Shown: in pieces, positions 1 to 9,662 of the stretch
How positions within the stretch are numbered: the first letter of the stretch is position 1
Layout: each line of letters starts with the position of its first letter
Source: an uncultured Gammaproteobacteria bacterium
GTDB taxonomy: Bacteria > Pseudomonadota > Gammaproteobacteria > Pseudomonadales > Endozoicomonadaceae
Assembly (NCBI GenBank): GCA_929200395.1
Contig: CAKMZJ010000022.1
Location: 1-24,000, forward strand
Reading direction: 5' to 3'
Length of the DNA stretch: 24,000 bases
Position numbers and translations under genes: made by a program
The notes under the pieces: model-generated
Database searches by the model: none
What the model was told of the DNA's origin: nothing
The model's input: only the letters and a program-made list of their open reading frames with translations

Positions 1-316
1 AATGTTAGGGTTATCAAATATTTTACTATATATTCCTTATGCCTAAATAAGAGGTATATACACGTGGCAGTTGGAAATGCGGGTTTTCAGCAAGTGATTA
101 TAAGTTTTTAGCCAAGGCAGTGTTAGTGTCGACTAAATCAAGAAATACTAACGCAGGATAAAAGCTTAGAAGCCTTGCCCTATGGGGGCTATTAAAAAGA
201 TTTACTTCATCGTTAAAACACTTTGAAATGCACTTGCATTCCTGCAGTATTTTGCCTCGAATTAAACCATTTTACTTAGCCCAGAAACCTAGCATTTTCA
301 TCTGCCACGCGCATAT

Positions 317-628
317 TTATTCATACACAATTATATCTTTATTTCTCTTTATAGTCCATTCGCCAATATTTTTTACTTCAATTAAATCATCTGCATTTTT
401 AAACTTACCTTTGCTCTTTCGATATGCAACAATCTCTTGAGCTGTAATTTCCCCTACGCCGTTCAAGTTAGTACTTAGCTCTTCTGCAGAAGCCGTATTG
501 ACATTAACTTTCGACATGGGTTCTTGCATGTTTTTTCCCATGGTATCCATCATTTTTTCTTCGGCAATAACATTAATATGATAGATTCCAGAAATTAGAA
601 TTAAAACAGTTAATAATCTTTTTATCAT
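317..628 (-). CDS. ComEA-family helix-hairpin-helix protein with signal peptide
   Basis: 103 aa ORF; hydrophobic N-terminus (LLTVLILISGIYHINVIA) followed by VNTASAEELSTNLNGVGEITAQEIVAYRKSKGKFKNADDLIEVKNIGE, typical ComEA-type HhH; GAGG Shine-Dalgarno-like sequence upstream of ATG. Confidence 0.88.
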   Translation of the reverse strand: MIKRLLTVLILISGIYHINVIAEEKMMDTMGKNMQEPMSKVNVNTASAEELSTNLNGVGEITAQEIVAYRKSKGKFKNADDLIEVKNIGEWTIKRNKDIIVYE

Positions 629-994
629 TATTTTAACCTCAAACTCAAATTAGTTTATTATTATTTTATTTAATCTAACAATATGCGTGATGCGTGTTTT
701 GGTGTATCTCACCTCCTATTTGATAACTACATTACTTGTTTATTAAAAAAATAGTTGTAATAATAAAAATAAAAGTGTAGCATCTTCGATTGGTTGATAG
801 GCTTCATTAAAAATCGACAAAAAAATTATGTTTTTTAGCAAAAACATTTGTTTTTTATTGAAAACTTGATAGAATATCGGGCTAATGCTTGTGCAACCTG
901 TTTAAAAGCTAATAAAAATAGCATTTAAAGTATTTTAATTGTAAACCTAAAATTGTAAATTAACATTGAAATGTAGATAAACTAAAGCTAATTT

Positions 995-1411
995 ATGGAA
1001 CAGCTAATAGAATTCAGCCTCAATCACCCATTTTTAATTGGTACTTTAGTATCACTCGTTTTGCTTTTGTTATTTGTAGAAAGCAAACAGTCGGCTGTGG
1101 GAGTTTCTCCCTTAAAGCTAGTGAATATGGTTAATAATGAGTCAGCTATTGTAATAGATATAAGAGAAAAAAAAGAATATCAGAAAGGAAGTATACTAAA
1201 TTCGGTACACATACCCTTTACTAATTTTCAACAGTCAATATCTAAAATATCTCACTATAAAGATACCGCTTTGGTAATAGTAGATTCAGTAGGACATAAC
1301 TCTACTAGTATTTCACAAATATTAAAGAAGAATGGCTTTAAAGATATTTCTCGACTAAAAGGTGGGATCGCTAGCTGGACAGCTGAAAATCTTCCTTTGG
1401 TGAAATCTTAA
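995..1411 (+). CDS. membrane-anchored rhodanese-like protein (YibN-type), active-site Cys replaced by Asp
   Basis: N-terminal TM (FLIGTLVSLVLLLLFV), rhodanese signatures VIDIREKKEYQKGSILNSVHIP and LKGGIASW; located directly upstream of secB as in many gammaproteobacteria; CxxGxxS position reads DSVGHNS. Confidence 0.85.
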   Translation: MEQLIEFSLNHPFLIGTLVSLVLLLLFVESKQSAVGVSPLKLVNMVNNESAIVIDIREKKEYQKGSILNSVHIPFTNFQQSISKISHYKDTALVIVDSVGHNSTSISQILKKNGFKDISRLKGGIASWTAENLPLVKS

Positions 1412-1510
1412 CTTTATTTAAACATAACTATTTGATAAGTATAATATTTAAAATATTTTGACTTTATCAATATCTGTTTATGGTAAATTATTACAAAATT
1501 GGAACCCTTG

Positions 1511-1993
1511 ATGACTACCGAAAGCAAAAAACAAAATAGTTATTTTGCACTTGAGCGCATATATATAAAAGATGCTTCTTTTGAATCTCCAAAATCACCA
1601 GAAGTATTTAAAAAACAGTGGAATCCTGAAGTCAAAGTAGATCTCAGTAACACTAGCAGAAAGCTAGGAGACAACTTATATGAAGCAGTATTATCAATTA
1701 CTGTAACAGTTGTTGAATCTAAAAAAGAAGAACAGCAAGAAGAAGATAAAAGTTCTACTATTTTTGTAACTGAAATTCAACAAGCAGGTATATTTAAAAT
1801 TGAAGGCGTAAATGACGCTAAAATATTAGATCATACTTTATCGGTATTTTGTCTTAATATCTTGTTTCCATATGCTCGTGAAGCTATAGATAACATGGTT
1901 ACTCGTGGTAACTTCCCTCCTCTTATGATAGCACCTATTAATTTTGATTCGCTATATCAAAGTAAAAAGCAAGCAGCTGATAAAGAATCTTAA
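1511..1993 (+). CDS. secB: protein-export chaperone SecB
   Basis: SecB-like sequence: FALERIYIKDASFESPKSPEVF, YEAVLSITVTV, FVTEIQQAGIFKIEG, LNILFPYAREAIDNMVTRGNFPPLMIAPINFDSLY. The ORF track starts at TTG 1499; the in-frame ATG at 1511 is a more likely start. Confidence 0.97.
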   Translation: MTTESKKQNSYFALERIYIKDASFESPKSPEVFKKQWNPEVKVDLSNTSRKLGDNLYEAVLSITVTVVESKKEEQQEEDKSSTIFVTEIQQAGIFKIEGVNDAKILDHTLSVFCLNILFPYAREAIDNMVTRGNFPPLMIAPINFDSLYQSKKQAADKES

Positions 1994-2143
1994 TATTAGT
2001 TTTTAAAAAACATGTATAGGGTAATGCAGATTACTTTACACTACAGTTGATACTTGGTATACAGTAGCTATATGCCTTATACTTAAGGTGTGTATATACA
2101 CAAGTATCTATTCTGTGTTTTAATCTTAGCGAGAAACTAAATT

Positions 2144-2347
2144 ATGGCGCTTATTTCAGTTAACGATAAACCTGTTGATGTAGATCATTACACTAATATA
2201 AAATCATTGTTAAAGAAGCTTAATACTACCATATCTGGAATTGCTATAGCAGTAAATTCAAAATTAATATCGCCTACACAATGGCAAGATACTATTTTAC
2301 AAGATGGCGATAAAGTATTAATCATAACTGCAACCGCAGGTGGGTAA
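2144..2347 (+). CDS. thiS: sulfur carrier protein ThiS
   Basis: 67 aa ubiquitin-like protein ending in the required C-terminal Gly-Gly (VLIITATAGG); followed by thiG. Confidence 0.9.
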   Translation: MALISVNDKPVDVDHYTNIKSLLKKLNTTISGIAIAVNSKLISPTQWQDTILQDGDKVLIITATAGG

Positions 2348-2479
2348 TTTGTTAGCTGCAACAATATAGATCTTGATTTAATCCGGCTATAATGGTAGTT
2401 TTCTTATTGAAAAAACTAAAACTTCTTGCTAAAAAATGTATTTTCAAATTTAAGGTATGCCCTTCTCTAGAGAGTTATC

Positions 2480-3268
2480 ATGTTAAATATAGCAAACATA
2501 GAGTTTTCCTCAAGACTATTTCTTGGTACTGGAAAATTTGCTTCTCATACAACAATGTCTAAAGCAATTAAAGCATCGGCTAGCCAATTAGTCACGGTAG
2601 CATTAAAGCGTTTAGATTTTAATGAAATCAATGAAAATATTCTAGATTATTTACCAATGCACCAAATTAGGTTATTACCTAATACTTCTGGAGCCAAAAC
2701 AGCAGATGAAGCTATATTTGCCGCTCAATTAGCAAGAGAAGCACTAAAAACTAACTTATTAAAATTAGAAATACATCCAGATAACAAATATTTATTACCT
2801 GATCCAATAGAAACCCTTAAAGCCTGTGAAAAATTAGTAAAATTAGGTTTTACTGTACTACCTTATATTCATGCTGACCCTGTTTTATGTAAAAGATTAG
2901 AAGATGTTGGTGCTGCTGCGGTAATGCCTTTAGGATCACCTATTGGTAGTAATTTAGGGTTGCTAACTGAAGATTTTTTAAAGATTATAATTGATCAATC
3001 TAATGTACCTGTTATTGTTGATGCTGGTATCGGAAAACCTTCAGATGCAGCAAAAGCAATGGAATTAGGCGCTGATGCAGTTTTAGTAAATACTGCCATC
3101 GCCATAGCAAAAGATCCAATTGCAATGGCAACAGCTTTTAGAGATGCTGTTATTGCAGGAAGAATAGCATACTTTAATAGTTCAAATATAAACAATGCAG
3201 AATTAACTGCTCAAGCATCTAGCCCAATTACTAGTTTTTTGGATATTCTCGATGACATACCTCAATGA
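2480..3268 (+). CDS. thiG: thiazole synthase ThiG
   Basis: [88 protein letters not shown] are characteristic ThiG motifs. Confidence 0.97.
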   Translation: MLNIANIEFSSRLFLGTGKFASHTTMSKAIKASASQLVTVALKRLDFNEINENILDYLPMHQIRLLPNTSGAKTADEAIFAAQLAREALKTNLLKLEIHPDNKYLLPDPIETLKACEKLVKLGFTVLPYIHADPVLCKRLEDVGAAAVMPLGSPIGSNLGLLTEDFLKIIIDQSNVPVIVDAGIGKPSDAAKAMELGADAVLVNTAIAIAKDPIAMATAFRDAVIAGRIAYFNSSNINNAELTAQASSPITSFLDILDDIPQ

Positions 3269-4379
3269 GTTTAATAAAATATCTTGGGATGATATAAAGC
3301 TAGACATAAATGCTACTACTAGGCAACAAGTACTAATTGCTTTAAATAAAAAAAAGCCAGATTTTAACGATTTTTTAGCTTTGCTATCACCTGTAGCAAG
3401 CGATTTTTTAGCTATCATGGTTAATAAAAGCCTAGAAATAACTAGAAAACGCTTTGGTAGCGTAATGCAAATGTTTATTCCTTTATATTTATCGAACAAA
3501 TGCTCTAATATATGTACGTATTGCGGTTATAGTCTTAACAATAAAGTACCAAGAAAGTCGTTGAATATAGAAGAAATAAAACAAGAGGTTGATGCTATAA
3601 AAAAAATGGGATTTGATCATATACTATTAGTAACAGGTGAAGCTGGTAATATAGGGACAGATTACTTTGCTAAAGCATTAGAAGTTATCAAGCCTCATTT
3701 TTCACATATAAGTTTAGAATCACAACCTTTAGCAGAAGCAGAATACGCAAGACTAAAACAATTAGGATTAGACGCAGTTTTTGTTTATCAAGAAAGCTAC
3801 AACCAACATTGTTATAAGTCGTATCACTTATATGGTAAAAAAACTAATTTTAATTACCGCTTAGAAACTCCAGATCGTATAGGCAAATCAGGCGTAGATA
3901 AAATAGGACTCGGATTTTTAATAGGTTTATCTGATCAGTGGCGTACTGAAGCTGCTATTATGGCTAATCATTTAGATTACCTAGAAAAAAGCTATTGGAA
4001 GTGTCGTTACTCAATATCTTTACCTAGACTAAGACCAACTAAAGCTAATCAAACAAGTAATTCCTATATAACAAATAAACAATTGTTACAATTAATTTGT
4101 GCATATAGAATTTATAATAACACTGTTGAAATTTCTCTCTCTACTAGAGAGTCTCCTGAATTACGCGATTTTTTATTGCCTTTAGGGGTAACTTCAATAA
4201 GTGCATGTTCTAAAACCTCACCAGGAGGTTATGCCCAAAATAAAAATGATAAAGCAAATTTAGAGCAGTTTACGATTTCTGATGATCGCTCAATTAACGA
4301 TATTATGCAGTCTATTAAAAAAGCAGGGTTGGATCCAGTAAAAAAAGACTGGGATTATTTTTACACAGCTTCAAATTAA
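3252..4379 (+). CDS. thiH: 2-iminoacetate synthase ThiH (radical SAM)
   Basis: Radical SAM CxxxCxxC motif ([10 protein letters not shown]), [20 protein letters not shown]; 17 bp overlap with thiG. Confidence 0.95.
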   Translation: MTYLNEFNKISWDDIKLDINATTRQQVLIALNKKKPDFNDFLALLSPVASDFLAIMVNKSLEITRKRFGSVMQMFIPLYLSNKCSNICTYCGYSLNNKVPRKSLNIEEIKQEVDAIKKMGFDHILLVTGEAGNIGTDYFAKALEVIKPHFSHISLESQPLAEAEYARLKQLGLDAVFVYQESYNQHCYKSYHLYGKKTNFNYRLETPDRIGKSGVDKIGLGFLIGLSDQWRTEAAIMANHLDYLEKSYWKCRYSISLPRLRPTKANQTSNSYITNKQLLQLICAYRIYNNTVEISLSTRESPELRDFLLPLGVTSISACSKTSPGGYAQNKNDKANLEQFTISDDRSINDIMQSIKKAGLDPVKKDWDYFYTASN

Positions 4380-4415
4380 ATTATATCTTGTGAATATGAT
4401 TTTAAAGCATTAGTT

Positions 4416-6302
4416 TTACACTGTCGGACTAAGTTTAAGTTGCCCCTTTATTATACGGTTATTATCTGGGTTTTCAAAATCGTATTCAATTTCAGTGGTA
4501 ACTTCATATGGGCATACATGCCTGAATGCTATGTCATCAGTAATAAAAGTAATTTTTCCAGATAAGCTGGTTTTAATTATTATTTTATCATCGCTTGTTT
4601 TATAAAATGTTATATTAAATTTTCTATCTTCATTTGGTAGTGCAATAGCAGGAGCTTTATGATTGAAGGCATCATTCAATTTTTCCATAACATATGACAT
4701 AGCTAATATTGCGGGAGCTGCGGCGGCAGCTTGGGATTGCTCTTTTAATAGAAAGTTAGTAATTTCTGAATTATCTTTAGCTAGAAACTTTTTAATTTGA
4801 GCGCGTCGGTACTGTACAAGTTCAGTTTTTATTTCTTCTAATTCATGTGATTTATCAGCATATTCTTTAGTACTTTGGTCAAGACTTGTTAGTTCAGCGT
4901 TGCATGTTTTTAGCTTTTTAGTCATTTCTACTGCTTCTAGATCTGAGCTATTCCAAACTGGCTTATTATTTTCAAAGAATTCTATATGTGGATCATATCT
5001 AACTATGTCTACTAGAAAGTCAGAATCTGCTGTTTTTTTGGAACATGTAATTTTATGCAAATGCTCATCAATGAAATTCTTCATATAAAATAAAGAATCA
5101 TTAGCTGTAAAACTTCGTATATCATTACCACCAGCGTTTACTTGAAATTCTATATGATTTTCTAATGCTTTTTCCATCATATTTTTACATTTTTTAGCCT
5201 GTATTTTATCAGCCTCAATAGCACTATTTATTACCATATTAACAAAACTAATTGTATTATTTATAAAAGTTAGCAGATCAGATGGAGTTGGTTCTTTCCT
5301 GCTATTCTTCTTAAAATAATAAATAGATTTATCTATAAACATTTTATTAAAATCTTCTTGAGAGCAAGATGACATTTTTGTTAAAGTGTCAATATCACAA
5401 GCAGATTTAGAATATTTTTTAAAAAAATCATGAAAAGAGTTATCTAGTCGTTTTTGTTCTTTATTGAGTGTGCGGCGCAGATGAGATTTTAAACTACCAA
5501 ACAATCCTTTTTGTTGTGTTTTTTTAGCATTATTTTTATTAGTAACAGCTAAATCTGGTTGTATAGGGGCATATGCCGTGTCACTAGGTAGTTTTTTGTT
5601 TTCAGGTTTTTCTGGGATCTGATCTTCTATAACGGTATTTTTATCTTGATGTTCATATTTTTTAGTCAGTATGCTTTCTGTTTCTGTTTCTATTGTTAAT
5701 TCAGCGTCTCTATTATCTTCAAAGGGGTTGTTATCTTTAAGAGGTATTTCGGTTAGAATAGAGTCATTATCGATTGCAGGTTTCTCTGAAATCTGATCTT
5801 CTATAGCGGTATTTTTATCTTGATGTTCGCCTTCTTCAGTAGTTATATTTTGTGTTTCTGTATCTATTATTATTTCAGTATCTTTATTATCTTTAAAGGG
5901 TTCGCTATCTTCACGAGGTATTTCAGCTACAATATAGTCTTTATCGTTTGTAGGAATTATAGGTATTCTTTGCTTTAGTTTAGCTAGTGGCAGAAATTTA
6001 GAAAGGATATATGCAAAAAAAGAATCTATTTTATCACAAATATAGCTAAATACTGAAACTACAGCTTCTACACATAATTTTAAAATACCATGAAGCTTGT
6101 TTATAATTGAAGCGGATTTAATGTCTCTTTCACTAAGGTGTGTTTGTTCACTAGCGGTATCTTCCCTATTAACAGTAGGAATTCTTTTTATGGTATTATT
6201 TTTATTATCAAGGTTGGTTTTTTCTTCAGTAGCTACTTTATCAAATTCATTGTTTAGTGTTTTTCCTAGGTTTGACCTAGAGCTAGGTTTTTGTACAGCC
6301 AT
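4416..6302 (-). CDS. large hypothetical protein with acidic two-copy internal repeat and a helical/coiled central part
   Basis: 628 aa ORF with AAGGAG upstream of ATG; long, compositionally protein-like; no recognised catalytic domain. Confidence 0.75.
   Translation of the reverse strand: MAVQKPSSRSNLGKTLNNEFDKVATEEKTNLDNKNNTIKRIPTVNREDTASEQTHLSERDIKSASIINKLHGILKLCVEAVVSVFSYICDKIDSFFAYILSKFLPLAKLKQRIPIIPTNDKDYIVAEIPREDSEPFKDNKDTEIIIDTETQNITTEEGEHQDKNTAIEDQISEKPAIDNDSILTEIPLKDNNPFEDNRDAELTIETETESILTKKYEHQDKNTVIEDQIPEKPENKKLPSDTAYAPIQPDLAVTNKNNAKKTQQKGLFGSLKSHLRRTLNKEQKRLDNSFHDFFKKYSKSACDIDTLTKMSSCSQEDFNKMFIDKSIYYFKKNSRKEPTPSDLLTFINNTISFVNMVINSAIEADKIQAKKCKNMMEKALENHIEFQVNAGGNDIRSFTANDSLFYMKNFIDEHLHKITCSKKTADSDFLVDIVRYDPHIEFFENNKPVWNSSDLEAVEMTKKLKTCNAELTSLDQSTKEYADKSHELEEIKTELVQYRRAQIKKFLAKDNSEITNFLLKEQSQAAAAAPAILAMSYVMEKLNDAFNHKAPAIALPNEDRKFNITFYKTSDDKIIIKTSLSGKITFITDDIAFRHVCPYEVTTEIEYDFENPDNNRIIKGQLKLSPTV
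5604..5933 (-). repeat. two tandem copies of an approx. 58-codon (174 bp) unit inside the 628 aa ORF
   Basis: IVAEIPREDSEPFKDNKDTEIIIDTETQNITTEEGEHQDKNTAIEDQISEKP versus ILTEIPLKDNNPFEDNRDAELTIETETESILTKKYEHQDKNTVIEDQIPEKP. Confidence 0.9.
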
Positions 6303-6451
6303 ATCACACTCCTTGTTTAAATGCTTTCATGAGATATTTAAACTATGGCATTTTGTATTTTAATCTGCGAGTCTGGTATTATATTTTATTGAGGTAATAA
6401 CTTGACACTTATAACAACATAATAGCATTTTTCTACTAAATAATCAATAAC

Positions 6452-7462
6452 TCATAATAAGCTTTTAAATAGCTTTTCTCTTACACTTTTACGAAATTTT
6501 CTTGGGGTTAATTGGCACTCTCTTTTAAATAATTTAGAAAAATAAACAGAATCTAAATATCCAACAGCTTGTGATATTTCAGCTATTGTTAAATTAGTGT
6601 TTTTGAGTAAGTCTCTGGCTTGATCAAGCCGTACTCCAAGTATATAGCGCTTTGGTGAGCATCCTGTAGCTACCTTAAATCTCCTATTTAAAGTTCTTAA
6701 TTCCATTTTACTTTTTGCACATAAAGCTTCGGTGGTTATGTTATTATTGTAATTTTCATGTATCCAGCTTTGCAGGCTAGCTATAGATTCATCTGTATGC
6801 ACGGAATTAGCTTCTACCGAGAAATAAATCTCATTAAAGGATCTTCGTATCTCATGAGAAAACTGTTGTTCTATTTTTGATGCTATACTTCTACCATAGG
6901 ATCTTTCAATTAAATGGACAATTAAATCAGCAACCGAGTTAACGCTGCCGACACAATATAGATTGTCTGCTTGAGTGATTAAATGATTGGGTTTAAAATT
7001 TATACTAGGATAGGTATGCTGTAGTTTATTTAAATAATACCAATGAGTAGTTGCTGGTTTACCATTTAATAATCCAGCTTCAGCAAGAAAAACTACCCCA
7101 GTTCCCGATGCAACTATAGTTGCTCCATTATGATATTGATTTTTAACCCAATTTATTACCTCAGGATTTTTCTTCATTATAACAAGTGGATTTCGCCACA
7201 AGGCAGGTATTAATATAAGATTAGTAGTTTTACTATTCGTAAATATGGAATCAGGGGTTAGTTTTAGAATACCTAAAGTGCTAACTTCTTTAGTGTCTTT
7301 AGAATAAAAATTTACTGATATTGAGCTATTTTCTGTTTCTGAAAACTTCAGGCGAAAATAGCTATTAGCAGCTTTAATCATCTCAAGGGGTAAGCTAATA
7401 CTGGTAAGTATCATGTTGTTAATTAATGGAATAGATATCTGATTAAATAAGTATTTGCTCAT
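6452..7462 (-). CDS. GlxA-family transcriptional regulator (DJ-1/PfpI-like N-terminus + AraC-type HTH C-terminus)
   Basis: LAEAGLLNGKPATTHW (DJ-1/PfpI-like region) and AraC HTH: WIHENYNNNITTEALCAKSKMELRTLNRRFKVATGCSPKRYILGVRLDQARDLLKNTNLTIAEISQAVGYLDSVYFSKLFKRECQLTPRKFRK. Confidence 0.92.
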   Translation of the reverse strand: MSKYLFNQISIPLINNMILTSISLPLEMIKAANSYFRLKFSETENSSISVNFYSKDTKEVSTLGILKLTPDSIFTNSKTTNLILIPALWRNPLVIMKKNPEVINWVKNQYHNGATIVASGTGVVFLAEAGLLNGKPATTHWYYLNKLQHTYPSINFKPNHLITQADNLYCVGSVNSVADLIVHLIERSYGRSIASKIEQQFSHEIRRSFNEIYFSVEANSVHTDESIASLQSWIHENYNNNITTEALCAKSKMELRTLNRRFKVATGCSPKRYILGVRLDQARDLLKNTNLTIAEISQAVGYLDSVYFSKLFKRECQLTPRKFRKSVREKLFKSLL

Positions 7463-7591
7463 ATTGTTTAATCGCTGTCTTTAATGTTTGGTTTTGTGTC
7501 TTTTTTGTCATGCTTTTTTTTCGTATAAAAGTATATAGTAGAGGGTGTATATAATATAGCAACTAATTCATTAACAAAAGGAGATCTTCTG

Positions 7592-9412
7592 TTGCAAAAA
7601 TTACCTGTAATTATTGCTCAGGGGGGTGTTAGTCCAGCAGGAAGAACCTCAGGCTTTTATGGCTATAGACGATTAATTTTTGATAATTTGTCAGCCATGC
7701 ATAAACAACAAACAATTAAAGCGTTGGCAAATTTATCTGATACAAGCAAAGGTAAATCAGAGGCTGAATTATTATCTGAGACATTAATTCGTCAAATAAC
7801 GCCAGATGTATTCGATTACAGCAATATTTATTCTCATAAAGCGGTAACGGTAGATGCTAATACTGCCATAAATATCAAGCAAAAAATCGATAACAAAAAT
7901 TGGAAAATCACCAAAAATAGTGATAATAGCTATAAAATATCTAGCACTAAAGAACAAAATATCATGCTTCCTAGTAGCTATAGTCTTTTGGTGCATGGTG
8001 CAGGGATGCTTCCTAGTGGTTTTTCTCCAGAGTTATTCTACCCCGCACGTAATCATCCACGAAATTTAGCTATGACTGTTTATGCGATATCTGATGCTAT
8101 TGCATCATCTGGGTTTAGCGTTGACGAGCTGAGAACTTTAGTTTCACCAACACAAATAGGAGTATATGCTGGCACTGCTATGTCAGCAATGGAGTATTCT
8201 GGGTTTGGAGGTATGTTACAAGCAAGGTTAAAATCAAAAAGAGTAACGGCAAAGCAATGCCCTTTAGGTTTTGCAGAAATGCCAGCGGATTTTATCAATG
8301 CATATGTCTTTGGGTCGTTAGGGAAAACTAGCTGTAATTTGGGTGCTTGTGCTAGCCTATTATACAATCTTGAACATGCAATTAGTGATATACAAACAGG
8401 TAAAGTTCGTATTGCTATTGTTGGCAATAGTGAAGCCCCAATAGTTCCAGAAATTATTGAAGGTTATGCTGCGATGAAAGCATTAACAACAGCAGATGAT
8501 TTACGTAATTTAGATAACCTATCGGTAGCAGATACAGTTAATTGGACTAAATCTTGTAGACCATTTGCTAATAACGCTGGATTTACTATAGCTGAGTCTG
8601 CACAGTATTTTATTTTAATGGATGATGAGCTGGCATTACAAACAGGCGCTGATATTTTAGCATCTACAGCGGGTGTATTTATCAATGCAGATGGCTATAA
8701 AAAATCTATATCTTCTCCTGGAGCAGGGAATTACATCACAGCGGCAAAAGCCACTGGTTTATTACGTGCAATTGTTGGTGAAAAGTCATTACAAAACAAT
8801 AGTTTTATTCAAATGCATGGTACTGGAACACCGCAAAATCGAGTAACAGAATCACATATTTTTGATGAAATAGCTAAAGCATTTACTATAAATAACTGGC
8901 AAGCAACAGCAGTTAAAAACTATTTAGGACATTCCATAGGAACAGCAGCTGGTGACCAAATTATGGCTACCTTAGGTATTTGGCAGGACGGCATTATTCC
9001 AGGAATAACAAATACTAAGGATATAGCAGATGATGTCTCTCAAACTAGGTTAAACTTCTTATTAGAACACACCTCGATAAATCATAAAATTACAGATTCA
9101 GCATTAATAAATGCTAAAGGATTTGGTGGCAATAATGCCACTGCTGCATTACTTAGCCCATATTTTACTCATGATTTATTAGCTAACAAGCATGGTGCTA
9201 AAGCAATAAATTCTTGGAAGAAAAAAAGAGAAAAAATAGTACAAAACCAGCAACGGCATAATGAAAATTGCTTAAATGGTTCATTTAAACCTATATATAG
9301 ATTTGGCGAGCAGGTGCTAGACCATAACGATGTAAGCTTAGAATCAGATAAATTAACAATAAATAGCTATAATTTGCAAGAAAGTTTGAATATAAAAAAT
9401 CCTTATAGTTAA
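7592..9412 (+). CDS. beta-ketoacyl synthase (stand-alone KS-type enzyme)
   Basis: GACAS with Cys (8348..8350), MHGTGTPQNRVTE, KNYLGHSIGTAAG, NAKGFGGNNA; TTG start with AAAGGAG 9 nt upstream. Confidence 0.92.
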   Translation: MQKLPVIIAQGGVSPAGRTSGFYGYRRLIFDNLSAMHKQQTIKALANLSDTSKGKSEAELLSETLIRQITPDVFDYSNIYSHKAVTVDANTAINIKQKIDNKNWKITKNSDNSYKISSTKEQNIMLPSSYSLLVHGAGMLPSGFSPELFYPARNHPRNLAMTVYAISDAIASSGFSVDELRTLVSPTQIGVYAGTAMSAMEYSGFGGMLQARLKSKRVTAKQCPLGFAEMPADFINAYVFGSLGKTSCNLGACASLLYNLEHAISDIQTGKVRIAIVGNSEAPIVPEIIEGYAAMKALTTADDLRNLDNLSVADTVNWTKSCRPFANNAGFTIAESAQYFILMDDELALQTGADILASTAGVFINADGYKKSISSPGAGNYITAAKATGLLRAIVGEKSLQNNSFIQMHGTGTPQNRVTESHIFDEIAKAFTINNWQATAVKNYLGHSIGTAAGDQIMATLGIWQDGIIPGITNTKDIADDVSQTRLNFLLEHTSINHKITDSALINAKGFGGNNATAALLSPYFTHDLLANKHGAKAINSWKKKREKIVQNQQRHNENCLNGSFKPIYRFGEQVLDHNDVSLESDKLTINSYNLQESLNIKNPYS

Positions 9413-9662
9413 TGAGGTTTTAGTAGCTTTATATGCACCTTCTTCTACTTGAATATATATATTTTCAGAGTTTAGTAAAAAGATTTAATTTAAGGCAAAA
9501 TACCGAAGGAATGCAATTGCATCTCAAGGTGTTTTGTATCCAATAATAATTTTCAAAGGCTATATAAGCTTTTAATAACCTGTTATTAAATTCATAAAAA
9601 TTAGCTTCTAGTTTTTTAGGTTATTGTTAGTTCAAGCTTGAGATAATGACTTATAGTAAAAA

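Noticed and set aside
228-440. 70 aa plus-strand ORF in the track
   Set aside because: Mostly antisense to the ComEA-like gene, with no Shine-Dalgarno and no domain signal.
2041-2143. TPP riboswitch upstream of thiS
   Set aside because: No CUGAGA/ACCUGAU thi-box elements visible; only inverted repeats.
2995-3499. Minus-strand ORFs 2995..3195 and 3203..3499
   Set aside because: Antisense to well-supported thiG and thiH.
4900-6363. Plus-strand ORFs 4900..5088 and 6097..6363
   Set aside because: Shadow ORFs opposite the 628 aa gene, no start signals or recognisable motifs.
7784-8685. Minus-strand ORFs 7784..7996, 8080..8427 and 8464..8685
   Set aside because: Antisense to the beta-ketoacyl synthase, whose motifs are clear.
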